From: Chrysemys picta bellii
Lineage: Eukaryota
Direction: 5' to 3'
DNA: 64,000 nucleotides
Assembly: GCF_011386835.1 (NCBI RefSeq)
Contig: NC_088798.1
Span: forward strand, 26,164,001 to 26,228,000
In this document: positions 12,263 to 24,943 of the stretch, piece by piece
Position numbering within the stretch: position 1 is the stretch's first letter
Layout: each line of letters begins with the position of its first letter
The notes under the pieces: model-generated
Told to the model about the DNA's origin: nothing
Seen by the model: only the letters and a program-made list of their open reading frames with translations
Databases searched by the model: none
Program-made: the position numbers and the translations under genes

Positions 12263-13113
12263 TAGGGTTACCAACTTTCTGATTGCAGAAAACCAAACAC
12301 TTTTGCCCCTCCCCCCTGCCCTGCCCCTTCCTGAAGTCCCACCCCTTCTCTGGGGCCTTGCCAACCAGTCACTCTATCTCCCCTTCCTCCATCACTAGCT
12401 GTTCCCCACCCTCGCTCATTTTCACTGGGCTGGGGCAGGGGGTTGGGGTGCGGGAGAAGGGCTCCGGGATAGGGGGTGGGGACGAAGGGTTTGGAGTGCG
12501 GGAGGGGCTCCGGGCTGGGGGCAGAGGGTTGGAGTATGGGAGAGGGTGCAGGGTGTGGGCTCCGGAAGGGCTTTTGGATGTGGGAGCAGGTTTCGAGCTG
12601 GGGCAGAGGGTTGGGGTGTGGGAGTGGGTGCAGGGTGTTTGGGTGCAAGAGGGGGCTCAGGGTTGGGGCAGGAGGTTGGGGCACGGGAGGGGGGTGAGGG
12701 TGCAGGCTCCAGGCAGTGCTTACCTCAGGGGGCTCCCAGAAGTGGCTGGCATGTCCCTCTGGCTCCTAAGCACAGGGGCAGCCAGGGGGCTCTGCACGCT
12801 GCCCCTATCCACAGATGACACCCCCGCAGCTCCCATTGGCCACGGTTCCCGGCCAATGGGAGCTGCAGAGCCATTGCTCGGGTTGGTGCCTGCACCTCAG
12901 GCAGTGGCAGTGCTTGGAGCCCCCTGACCACTCCTGCACCTAGGAGCTGGACATGCCGGCCACTTCCAGGAGCCAACCTGGAGCCAGGTAGGGAGCCTGC
13001 CAGCCCTACACCAACCGGTCTTTTAATGGCCCGGTCAGCTGTGCTGAGTATAGCTGCCAGGATCCCTTTTTGACTGGGTGTTCCAGTTGAAAACCAGATG
13101 CCTGGCAACCCTA
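12263..13113. mobile_element. Non-autonomous hAT-type element, 851 bp
   Basis: TIRs TAGGGTTACCA / TGGCAACCCTA, perfect 8-bp TSD GGGGCTAG, G-rich internal repeats. Confidence 0.9.
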
Positions 13114-13694
13114 GGGGCTAGCAATACTATACCTCCACTTAAAGCTGTGGATAGACCCATTTTTATGTAAATTAAATAATGACAATTCTGCCAAATGTTG
13201 CAAATGCTAAAATAGTGACCAGTTGGCTACAGACCAGGGCAAGAAACCTACTTTATACCTGGGATATGGGAACCTAGGTTCAAGATCCTGCTTTGGGGTT
13301 AAAAACTCTGCTCCCTTTTTGACCAGAGCAGCTAAAGTTCAGGGACCTGAGGCTGTTCCCATTGGGAGTAGAAACTGACAACGGAGTCTGGTATTTTCTT
13401 TGGTGCAACCTTGTTTACTTACAAGGAATGTAACACCGTAGAATCAAATAGCAGGAGACATGCTCATGATTCCAAGACTGCCTTTCCAGCCAGCACTCTG
13501 TACCCAATAAAGCTCTCTATTAGCTTTATGTCAGGGCCACACTCCTGTGGTTCCAGGCTGTGTCTGTTTGGGATGAAAAACTCTGTTCCAAATCAGGCAG
13601 AACAATCCCACATCCCTAGCCAGTACCCTAGCCACCGGCATATTGCTCTGAAGACACCAGGATTTCTGAGTATTTGTGATGTAAGCGCTTCAAG

Positions 13695-13817
13695 TAGGGT
13701 GACCAGACAGCATGTGTGAAAAATCAGGACGTGGGTGGGGGGTAATAGGAGCCTATATAAGAAAAAGACCCAAAAATCGTGACTGTCCCTATAAAATCAG
13801 GACGTCTTGTCACCCTA
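13695..13817. mobile_element. hAT-type MITE, 123 bp
   Basis: TIRs TAGGGTGAC / GTCACCCTA, perfect 8-bp TSD GCTTCAAG. Confidence 0.9.
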
Positions 13818-15399
13818 GCTTCAAGTATATGGCAGTATGCAATCACTAAATGTAAAATAATGTAAAATTGCTAAGGGGCCGCCTTGCTTAGGGAAATCAC
13901 TGTGTTCTTTTCTGATCACCTATCTCAAATGTTTGGATTGTCCGAGGCACAATAGAATACAAAAAGTTGGAGTGATTTTAACTGGGCATTTTCATACTTT
14001 CCAATGTTGAGGCTTGGGAGGGTAGAGGTTGAATTTTAAGTGGAATATTACATTGAACATTTGTTCCATCTGAAACCCCCTTTTTTTTTTACCTGACAAT
14101 TAATTATCTTGAAAATATGTATTTGTTGTATCATTAAAATCAACTAAACAAAAAGGCCCTAAAATTGAGACATCCCCCAAAATACATTCACAGAACATTT
14201 TCTAGTGAAGTTTTTGTAATGATTTACAAACAAAACTGGACTTTGAATGAAAAATGAAGATAAGAAATGTTGACATTAAAGACTCCTTGCGTGCTCTCCA
14301 AACTCCTAGCCCCAAACAGATTAAAGAGTAGCATAGGATACTACACATATGACTTATAACAATGAACTACAAAAATGAAGGATTGCTAAATGGTAAAATT
14401 AAAAGCTTTGTTAATTATGTTTTAATTATCTGTAATTATGGATAGCGAATGACTACAGATGAGGTAACAGTGAGGCCAAGTCCTTGCTGGCATAAGTATG
14501 AGTTTGCCAATTCTTCTTGTACTGAGAATTGCTAGTCTACTTAAAATGTTATCTTTATTCAGTCAGCAATAACATGTGGTGGAAGATGTAAGTAAAAGAT
14601 AAACATGTAACGGTAAATAAAAACCTCCTTTTTCTGAGAAAATCCATGGCAGGGTGTCGCAAACATGACCCAGAAATTGCAAATCCAGCAGGAAAAATAC
14701 AGAATTTGTGTAATTGGAGCTTGTATGCATAATGTAGGAGTTACGTAAAATCCAACAGGATGGTGTGCTAAAAGCCAGTTGGATAAAGATTAAGTCATCT
14801 AATGTAGAAATAGATAAAAGACCTAAGTGAACATGGGCCCAAACTGGAGAAATAACAGACTAGAAACTGAGGAATGGGACTGAAGGACCAGACCCAGGGA
14901 TCAGAGAAGGCAATGGAAGGTGAAAGTACTTCCCAGTGCCCCAGCATGTGGTAGCTTGGGACCATTGATCAAGTTCTATCTTGTCTCTTATTTGTCAGGC
15001 ATAAATGTATGTCCAGACACTATAAGTGACAATAATTCTATATGAAATTGTATAAATTCAGGTGAAAATTGATTAAGCCTAAATTGGACTTGTTACTCAG
15101 TTTCCCAATTTTTACCCTCACCAGGTCCCAATGCAATACTGATCCCTTCCTGTTCTCAGGATAGAAAACAGCTAAATGACCCATTTAAACTCTTTACTCC
15201 TATTTTATCCACAATAGCATTTTACCTCTCAACCTATGGGATTTATTGTGAAAGACTTTCTTAAGGAAGGATAGTTCAAACAAATTATATTCACTAGCTT
15301 TACTCAAAGATTTCTAAAGACTTAGCAATTGACACTCTTCAAGGATTATTTATATTACCATAATATCGAGCAGCCTTGACCAAAATCTCTGCCCCCTTT

Positions 15400-15535
15400 G
15401 CGCTAGCTGCTATGCATAGACTTAGTAAGAAACAACCCCTGTCTTTGTACTGAACTTAGCACAATGGGGTCTTGGTCCTTTACTAGGGCTTCTAGGTGCT
15501 ATGGTAATACAAACTGCATAAATAATAATAATAAT
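15400..15535 (+). repeat. L2-like 3' tail fragment
   Basis: CTTAGCACAATGGGG...GGTGCTATGGTAATACAAAC...(AAT)n tail, similar to the copies at 34 kb and 63.9 kb. Confidence 0.55.
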
Positions 15536-15584
15536 CTAAATGGAAAAGACTGATAAAGGGTGAGAGAAGGGAAGTTTTATCTCT

Positions 15585-15712
15585 TCCATTTTGCAGATGG
15601 GGAACTGAAGCACAGAGAGATGAAGTAGCTTGCGTACGATCACACAGAAAGAGGCAAGAATCAAACCCAGATCTCCTGAGTTACAGTCCAGTGCCTTATT
15701 CACAAGATACCT
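15585..15712 (-). repeat. MIR/CORE-SINE fragment
   Basis: CCATTTTGCAGATGGGGAACTGAAGCACAGAGAG is the reverse complement of the MIR core. Confidence 0.7.
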
Positions 15713-15869
15713 TTCCTTTCTAAAGAAGCCATGTAGCTTCTCCTCATCAGTTTATAGCTGTATTACTGGCTAATTAATTTTACTGACACTAAACTACATC
15801 TCACTGGTCTATAATTTCTGGTCTATTACATCTTCAGAAACTATTTAAAAAAGAATGACATACATCAAG

Positions 15870-16520
15870 TGGCTCACCCTTGAATGCTCAGGAACATAAC
15901 TGTTTGGAATGGTATATTACCTAATTTCATTAGTAGTTAAGATACTTCATTTTTTCTACGTTCAGAACTCTTAGATGAATGCTATCAGGTCCTGGTAACT
16001 TACGGTTGTTGAGTTTCTTGAGGTGATTCATCATCACTTTTCCTTTAGAGACTTCTATTGAGGATAGTGCCATATCTTGATTACTTGTGAAAAAGTAACC
16101 TCAAGATAGAAATTTCTCCCTCATCGTCAATCATGAAGACCGATGCTAAGAATTCATTTTGCTCTCTTCAGCCTCCATATCGGCTTTAATTGCACCTGTT
16201 GTCCCAGCAACCCTTAGTGTCTGAGTAGAAGAATTTCTTATTTTCCTTGATAGCTTAGTTATTTGCTCACATTTCCCCTTTGCCCTCTCTTTCTTTCTCA
16301 TTCTCACAGCTTGTCTGGCAATGACCATTTTCTGTTCTGTTTGCCTAATTTGGATTGAATTTTCACTTTCAAACTCTTCTCTTTTGGCCTTAATAGTCTC
16401 TTATATTTTATTTAGAAGAAAAATGTCACAATGAACTTAACTAGGGCAGGATTAAGCTGGGTATGTTGTATCTTTCTTCTGCATTTTCTCATCCTCTGTA
16501 AGATCGAGCATGATACATTT
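15870..16520 (-). mobile_element. Old CR1 ORF2 fragment (endonuclease-RT linker)
   Basis: Minus-strand frames read NEFLASVFMIDDEGEI and PGPDSIHLRVL, matching the CR1 motifs EFFASVFT and SPGPDGIHPRVL. It is broken by stops and frameshifts. Confidence 0.7.
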
Positions 16521-17011
16521 ATGAATAGGATTATATGACAGGGTTACCTGCAATAGCAAGGGACTGGACCCCATGACACAGGAGGTCTCTACCAGTCCTA
16601 TGTAATTCATGGAATGACTTAAAATAAGAATTTATTACTGTATGGATGTAATTTTGTCACTATTACAAGCAGTCATTACATTGCTAACAAACCTTACTTA
16701 AAGTTATGATACAGTAAGTGGTCTGCTTTTCATATCATGCAGCTTGGCTGAAGGTTAATTCAATCAGTGCCCCTCAAAATCAATTTTTAATTTAGTACAA
16801 CATATTTTAGTGTACTGTATTACTTAAACAACAAAAACTGTATCATATTTGTACATCTAGTAAGCATTATATGCTAGTGAATTATATATGAACAACTTCA
16901 GTCTTAGCCAGAAGGCCATAAAAAGCAGAGATTATAGTGAACTCTAGTGGTAGAGTGTATATGGAATATACACAATTAAAGTAATTAACCACTGAGTTTG
17001 GGTGTAGGTTG

Positions 17012-17932
17012 TATGATGGGGTGTACTCACCTCTCATGAGCACCTCCTGTTGGCTGGGTGTTATCCTGCACTCTTTCTTTCTGCTCCCAGTGCCCCCTGC
17101 CAGCTGTTGCCTTCATCAGATGGGTCTTCAGTGGCTCAGCCCTGCAACTAAGTCAAAGTCTAAAATGGACAAATAGATTAACCCTTCCAGGGTGACAAAG
17201 GTCCAACAAGGACTATTGCCATGCCTCTTGGCATCTGCGGCCCTGCCTCTGGGCTCAGTTCTCAGCCCCTTCTGGGCTAGCTTTTAAGTCTATCCCTGCG
17301 CTATTAGGGAGAAGTGCCCCCAGAGCTTTCTCCCTGGAGACTCTTTGCAGTTCTCTGCTGTCCCAGCTCTCCAGCCAGGTTTCTCCTTAACTTCAGTCTC
17401 CTTCTAGGGTAAAAGTCTAAAAAAATGACTGACGCTTTCCAAAGTGTTGAAACTTGTCCCCATCTTGGAGCTTTGGCCACTTCACCAGGGAGGTTTCCAG
17501 GCTCACGCACTACTCTGGGTCCCAACCCAGGGACCCTATAAACAACAGCTATGTACTGCTTCCATTAATAGTTGCTGCTGCTGTTGCATTCCCTGGGATG
17601 CTTCCCGCGTATCCCCTTTCTCTTCACCCTTACCTCAGGGCTGAAGTTCTCAACTCCTCTTCTTCCTCACTGAATGTCACCAGAACCCATCTTATGGTTC
17701 TCCCTTGGGTTCCACTGACCAGCAAGGAACACCCTTCCTTGTTCCTCTGGTCACAGCCAGGCCCTGAAGCTCCTTTTAACTAAGCTTGCTGAACTCTGAT
17801 TGGTTGCTTCCCTGCAGCTTTCTAGGGAGGCCTGGAAGACCCATTTTCACTGCTCCTTCCCTGGGGCAGGATGTGGTAGGGCTGCAAGGCCTTCAGCAAT
17901 GGGCCTCAAAATGCCTGGTACATCCCATCACA
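17012..17932. mobile_element. Solo LTR, ~920 bp
   Basis: Inverted termini TATGATGGGGTGTAC / GTACATCCCATCACA, near-perfect 5-bp TSD GGTTG/GGGTG, internal CTGATTGG box. Confidence 0.7.
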
Positions 17933-18159
17933 GGGTGAAAAAAAAACAATCACTATGCTCTTGAATGAACTCACACAGAAGAACAATAATAGTGGATGAA
18001 CACTTTTCACAAAGTGGTTGCTCTATATACGACCTCTCAGACCTCATCCTCTAAGGAAACCTGAACAAGACCTTCAAAAATCGAGCCTGAGAGCTTACAT
18101 TCATAACTTTGATAGATACTAAAATTGTGGACAAATAGATACTCTGGATTTATGGCTAA

Positions 18160-18275
18160 TTACAACAATCTGTACTCCCTTCACAGCTATTATGAAGTGT
18201 TAATGGGCCTTCACCTTGAAGGTCTCTTGAAATGTGTTAACTACTCATGCTAAACAATCTGTTCCACCTTCTACA
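18160..18275. repeat. Penelope-like remnant
   Basis: TGTTAATGGGCCTTCACCTTGAAGGTCTCTTGAAATGTGTTAACTACTCATGCTAAACAATCTGTTCCACC resembles reptile Penelope-like terminal sequence (from memory). Confidence 0.45.
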
Positions 18276-19216
18276 AACCTAAAACTTTAAGAAGGTAGTA
18301 GGGCCAGGAGCTTCCCCTATCACCCAGAGCCCTGTGGAGCGGAGTTGCTAAACTGCCTAGTTACTAGAAACTTTAGCTCAGGAGTCAAAGGGGACTGAGA
18401 ACTGTGGAAGGTATGGAATAACTTGTCGGAGCTTAACAGTGCACTGGAAGTATTGGTAGCACTGTTCCTTTGGAGATTAATAAAGCAATGTAGCTTACAA
18501 CTCAGCCAGTTAGGCATTTCAGCACATCAGGTTCTATCATCTTGAAGTGCTAGAGCAGTAAACTGAGCACTAAGATGGGCTACTTGTAGGAGCACGAACT
18601 CTAATGGCCTCATTCTCCACTAGTTTGCACCATGTGTTGTCATATCCACCAGTGCAAAGGAAGTGCAGTGCTTTCCTCCCACTTCACAATGGTTTAAAGA
18701 TTCCTTGCTCCCACTCCTTGCTGATGGTAAATGACATTTACATTGCCACATGGTGGCATCAATGGCAGAGAGCCAATCAATAAGGGCAGAGTTTCTGGTA
18801 TGTTTTTCCTTGCCCACATTCTGATGCACAGCGTAAACTGGTGTGAATTTGCATGTTTTGAAAAATGTAGCATTCGTCAGATAGAGGACGTGGGTAAAAA
18901 TCATGAAAGAATTATACCATAACTCAAATAATTTTTTTCTATAATTGTTTTACAGTTAAAATGAGAGCAAACACTTCTTCTCCCTCACATCAGTCACAAA
19001 ACTCTTCATAGGGTAAAATGTTAGCTGGGTACGAAAAAAAGTTTGAGAGTGGACACCTGGTTGCCACCTTAACACCAAAACCTTCATACACACAAATCCT
19101 TAATATCCCTCCAAATAAGCTGTCAGTGATCTTATGATTTATTGTACTGACTATGGCTTTTTCTCCCCACTGTGTTTTATAGTATTTAGAAAATTTTAAT
19201 TTATTTCAGATCCACC

Positions 19217-19235
19217 CACACACACACACACACAC
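19217..19235. repeat. (CA)n microsatellite
   Basis: Seen directly. Confidence 0.95.
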
Positions 19236-22200
19236 TTCCTTTTAGTGAGGGGACTGGTTTTGATGATACTTGCTAGGATTTAAGGCAGAAGTTTAGAGAA
19301 AGGGAAATTATTTTCATTCAGCTCCAAAGAAAAGAATTCTTCTAAGGGGATCTGAAAGATTGTTATTAATAGGCTGATTGTGGTAAAAAATAAAACCAAA
19401 CCCACAGTTTTTGGTCCTTTGATGTTGTTTCCTTTCATTATTTGCTTATTACATACAAGATAGGAACAGAATTTTCTTCCCTTCCAATCCTTCAATTCAC
19501 TCCTTAAGGAAATCCTTGAATCAAAGAAACAAGACATTATAGCAATAACTAGATTTTTAAAGTAGAAGAGGCAATTTATTCACTACAGTACCTTTCTAAA
19601 ATGAACAGTATTTCTCAGGAGTTTTCAACCTATTACAAAATGAAACAGCTCTTCTTATTTTGAAGAATATATTCTCCCCTTGTGGGACAGATTACTTATA
19701 CTAAAGGACACATTTCTATTAGTATCTCCTAGAGCCTAGGACAAACTATGGTACATCAAAATAGTATATTAAAAAAAAGAAGATAATCAGAAGATATTCC
19801 AGAGAATTACAGTCTTCCACAATGCATTATTTGCTGTGACCTTGAACTTTAACCCTGTCATGCAAAAATTAAACTAGTGGGTATATCATCAGCTATAATT
19901 TTGCACTGTGTCTTTTTTCCCCTTCAAACACCATTACGTGTTTTGTTTTGATGTTTTTGAAACAGATACACAGTCAGACAAACCAATTACCTTAATCATT
20001 GTCTACTAAGGATAAAATAATGTTATGAAGCTTAGCCTATAGGTGACTTACACAGCTATCCAAGGGCAAAAAACAACTTTTAATGCAGTTTTGAGCGACA
20101 CTGCTTTTCCCTTAGCATGATATAGACATTATTTATAGTTTCCCTAAAAAGAGCTGGTGCTCAGATTTCAGCAATTCATATAATTGCCTCCCTGCTTGGG
20201 AAATCACCACTATACTCAATACAGTAAGCTTTGGAATGATTTAAATAAATGAAATCATGAGCGCAGTTAATTAATGTAATGGACATAAAATGAGTAATTC
20301 CATAGGAAAGGTCTTCCTTTAAAAACACTATTATGTGTTTGAGGGGGAAAGTGATCTTCAGAAAACTTCAAAAGTATACTCTATCAGAACAATCCCACAG
20401 CTTGTACATGTTTGAGTGGGTGGCATTGAGTAAATGGGGAGAGGTGTAATATTTCAACACTACCCACTGTTCCTGCAGTATTCAAATATTCAACCAGCTA
20501 TTTGCATTTAATTTAGGATTCATATTTGCCATAGCTGTGGTAAGATGCAAACTTTAAGAAGCAGTACTTATGAGAGAGACACACAAGTCAATATATGCAA
20601 TACCTGCTTGTTCCTTTAGGTACTTAAAAGTAACTCAAATCTGGTAGATCACTAGATCTTTAAACTGTCTCCAATAATGTTGGTCAGGTAATTGAAACTT
20701 GTTTTAATTACCGGAAAATGACAGACTTGTCACATTCATTTTGTCATTAACATTTACCATCCTTGCAACAAAATGGTGGAAAACATGACAGAAACATAAG
20801 GAGAGGAGATTAAAGGACAGCTGGATTTTTTCCCCCTACTCTGGTGCCTTCAGAGTTGGCCAGATTAACAGCACTGAAGACTGAAATCCTCTAGCTACAC
20901 AACAGATACAACATGGCAGTTGTGCTCACAATACCTTGGAAATGTTCTTCAGCCTTGGCCTAATAGGACTGAACTTCTTATAAGTGTGTCATTTGTGAAG
21001 CTGGATCCTGTTATCTTTAATCTCTTCTAGGAACCAGGCTGAGACACATCAGCACACATAGGCAATTGAGCAGCCCTCAGATGGTCATGAAATTTGACCA
21101 CTTCAGATTTAGACAGATTAAAACCAGTGACTTGAGAAAAGAAAAGCCTCTCTCACGCCATCAATTGTCCCTTGAGCAATACAACCCATAGTTTCATTAG
21201 TATCTGCTGGACTGCCTAATGAATCTCTCCATTTTTTTGATGGAGCACCAGCTCCATTCTAATCAGCATGGCAATGCATGTGGACCAGCAATGACCTGGC
21301 CATTTCCCCTGACAAATATTACTGGCAGGGTTGCATCAGACTTCTTGCTGTGGTAGATGTCCAGCACGTGAAGCTTTCCCTTAAGAGTTTGTTAACTGCC
21401 AATAACAGATACAAAAAGAAGAATTCTTCCTGTTTTTTCCAGGTGTTTGTGAAGCGGGTGGCAAATTAGAGAGAGATTTCTTTAAATAATGTGATTCTGA
21501 ACCTCCAGCTGGCAGATTTACAATGGAACCCCTCAATATCCTTTTTCTTAAATGAAGGATTTCCTTAACAAACCTGCATCCTTCTTACTCAAGGATATCC
21601 GTGCAAAGCCGCACAGACAGGAAAATCTTATTTCTGCTAGTCACTTTTTCTAGAACCAACACAAAATGGAAAATTGATGTAGTCAGTCAATTCTCCTTCC
21701 CATCTAAATATGTGGGGGGAACATGCACAGTGCACTGCCCATAATTCATCAGTAGCTTGTAGAGGTTGTCCCTTACACAGGTACATGGCGGGAGGGAGAA
21801 AGGTGCCTTCTTTCCCCCACCTTATGTGCTCCATGGATGGGCCAAGAACAATAACACTTTCTGTGGCTGAGGGAGTACAGAGATTATTCCCTCCGTGCAT
21901 CCTCTCTTTATGAAAGCTTTAAGGTTATCCAGTCAGTGAACAGAAGCCATACCATGTGATTTAGGTGACCAATATATGGTGTGAGGGATTAATGAATATT
22001 TGTAGCTAAACAATGAAAGATCATGACCCCACAACTTGCCCCACACTGGCCCACAGAGCTGATCATCAGGAAGCAAGCTTTGTGCTCATAAAAATGGTAT
22101 ACCTTGCAGGTTCACCTTCTTGCTTGGAAGAGGAATGTTATCACCTGAGGTACAATCCTTCTCAGAGCTCGCTTGGTCTTTGAGCAGTACGTATCTGCAC

Positions 22201-22301
22201 TAGTTCCAAAGAGAGCTATACTAGTGCAACCAAGAACTTAGCCAGCATTTGGGGCCATCCAGTGTTGTTTCCATTTAGATGAGACCCCTAGAAATTTTTC
22301 A

Positions 22302-22963
22302 TGTGGTACACCCCAGGACTCCCCACCTCCTGGTCAGTTGCCCATGTGGGTACTCACTGAAGTTCTTGAGACTGTTGCTGAGCAAGTTCTGTGGGCAGAT
22401 CAGAGGGGACACAGGCTACTGGAAGCAGGCTGATGTCAGGAACCTGAGAAGGGAGGCAGGAACAAGGGTCAGAGCAGGGTCAAACCTGAGACCGAGAGAG
22501 CAGAATAGTTCATAGTCAAGTTTCAGGTGGGGGTCCATACCAAAGATCAGAGTCTGAGCCAGGTTTCATGGTCCAGATCAGTCAAAGTCAGGAGTTTAAG
22601 AACAGGGAGCAGGAATGGTCATGGCAGTTATACTCTTACTTGGACACTTCTGTTCATGCCCTTAGGGTTCATATAGTGTGGGGATCCAATCAGGAGCCAT
22701 GAGGCTGCTGCCTTTCTGACTTTTTGAGGTGGGACTTCCTGAAGTCTGTGTCCAAAACTGGTTGTGAGAAGTGGCAAGCAAGCAGGTTATAGCTGCTGCT
22801 GGAGATGTCTGCTGCCTATTAGCTTTGTAAGCCTTGGTTTGAGACCCCATGGTCTTTGCAGATGAGGCTGGAGAGGAGTACTGGTACAGAAGATGGTAGT
22901 GGTGAGGAGAAGCAGCACTGGCCACCCCCCTGCCCACTCAGATTTGGACCCTCTATCATGACA
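22302..22963 (-). mobile_element. Gypsy-like LTR related to the 8330 LTR, without TSD
   Basis: It shares GTCAG/GAGTC repeats and a GGGTT(A/C)ATA..CCAATCAGG block with 8330-8812. The minus strand begins TGTCATGA and ends GTACCACA. Confidence 0.5.
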
Positions 22964-22989
22964 GAGGAGCCATGGAACCAAATCTGAGT

Positions 22990-23335
22990 GGGGTAGCTAG
23001 CGCAGCTCCTCCTTGCTGCTCCCATTGGGAGGGCCCAATACTGATGACTTGGAGTCCCTGGGAGTGGTATACAATGTGCATAACATGCTTATGGCTGCGG
23101 GCTCTGGTGGGAAATTTACACAAAGTCCTGTTTCCTGGAACACAGTAGAGAGAACAGCAGGCAGTTTTCCTGCTCAGAAATCCATAAATCATCCATGCCA
23201 GTGAGCTCTGTACCCAAGAAGATCCACTCCTTTGCATCCTCTCAAGGTCATGCTCACATTTTCTGTTTGAATCCCATCTGTACATCCCAGGAAATGATGT
23301 GAAATTTCTGCTCACTGTGTCAGGTGAACCCACAT
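22990..23335 (-). mobile_element. Possible decayed Gypsy internal (RT-like) remnant
   Basis: The minus frame FLGCTDGIQ...KGVDLLGY...FMDF loosely follows the Gypsy RT pattern FLGY..DG...K.VQ.FLG...F..FS. A gag-like reading on + cannot be excluded. Confidence 0.3.
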
Positions 23336-24943
23336 GTCAGACAACATTGATACAGAAATGCTAGGGTAAATGTTACCTGAATGTTTTCACTCTGGTGAAA
23401 ATCATTCCTTTCTGAAGGCCTATGATCCCAAAAAGATAATCTAAACCCTATTTTGAGGATTTACCAGAGAGGGATTAAACCCAAAAGTCTATTTATGGGG
23501 CCTCTGGACAGTCATACATAGAGAGACCCATATATTTTTCAGCATAATTTACTTTATCTCTTACATAAAACATAGTATTATAGATCATAGAGGTTTTCAT
23601 ATGCTTTTAACTATTATTGGGTTCCTTGATATTTGAGTGTCCTACTAAAGACTCATTTAAGGGGCTTGATTTTCAGAAAGTGCTGAGTATCCACCTTCAG
23701 AAAAGAGGTCTGATGTTGGGCACCCAAAATCATTAGTTGCCTTTGAAAATCTTGGCCAGGATATATTTCATGAAGTTTACACCCTTATGAACGTCATGAC
23801 TTCAGCTCTTCTCTTTTTGATCCCCTTTTAAAAGTTTGTTTAAGCATGCTGCATTTGATGCCTTTTGCACAACCTTCCTTGGAATCTGCTCATCCTTTAG
23901 GGAGATGTCTGGGGAGGGAAAGGTTTAATGAATTGCAAATCAGAAATATCTACAATGCAGGAAGAAAAGCATTTCACACGTTTCCTGAGTAAATTACATA
24001 AAAATTACACGGAAATGGGTCAATTATATATTGAGAACAACAACATCGACAACAAAAAGAGAAAAAGCCCTCTCTAAAAGGTGAGAGATAAAATGACAAA
24101 AGCTAGAAAATTCAAAGATATAAGAAGTAGAGTCAAGAGATAGGCAGCAGGTTCTTAACACTGATTTTCTCTTACGTATCTCAGTTTGCAAAGTACCCTT
24201 AAAATTATTTCTATTCACTTACTCCTGTGTGTAATCCCATTGATTATAATGTGGTTGGACAAATACAACGAGGACCAACTTTGGCCCACGTTGATTGTTA
24301 TATTTACTGTAAAATGTTGTGGCCTGTTACCAAGCTATTGTGGAGTCCGTAGTGCGATGGAATTTGCTGTGTAATCCATTGCCATATGGTTCGAGTGTGC
24401 TCCAAAATCTAAACTGTAATTTGAAAGACAAGCAAGTTCACAATACCAGGAACATAATAACTTTTAAATATTCCCAACAAGAAATAACTGAAACCAGACT
24501 CGTTAGTCTGTAAACATATAAACATGTCTATTAAATTTCAGACTGGAAGATATTTTTCTTGGGCTTTGAGCATATACAGAACAGAAACAGGTGGATCAAA
24601 ACAACAGTCCCAGGAAAATGGAAGCTTGGAAAACAATAAAAGTCCCAAAATATTCCCAGCGTTAAATGTGGTCCAAGTTAAAAGGACATAATGGATAGAG
24701 TAATCCTCAGAGGAGGTGCCTGGGAAGTCAGCAGAAATAGGAAGATCCTATAAATTGTTTCAGATTTGAACCCTTTGAGGCCTTTCTTTTTCTGCAGAGG
24801 AGAACGTATGAAAGAGAAGTGCTACTTCACTCAGAGAAGGCAGAGAATTAGCAATGCACTGGGCTTAGAATAAAGGGAGCATGAGGGAATGCAGATCCCC
24901 GGCTCTGCTAAAAGAACATCCTTTCCCCTCTCTGTGGTGAGGG

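Noticed and set aside
12268-13108. Long Gly/Pro-rich ORFs (up to 214 aa)
   Set aside because: They arise from GC-rich, stop-poor repeats inside a TSD-bounded non-autonomous element and show no protein motifs.
13215-13680. tRNA genes (tRNA-like GGTTCAAGATCC box; similar at ~38600-38770)
   Set aside because: No complete cloverleaf is present; these are most likely decayed tRNA-derived SINE heads, and I could not fix their boundaries.
16146-16328. Basic, coiled-coil-looking ORF (MVIARQAVRMRKKER...) as a host terminal exon
   Set aside because: It lies in a decayed CR1 ORF2; neighbouring frames give EFLASVF and PGPDSIHLRVL.
24223-24323. Possible minus-strand exon (ATTFYSKYNNQRGPKLVLVVFVQPHYNQWDYTQ) with a GTAAGT donor
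   Set aside because: The polypyrimidine tract is weak and I recognise no homologue. Other frames loosely resemble retroelement RT or RNase H motifs, so an old TE is equally likely.
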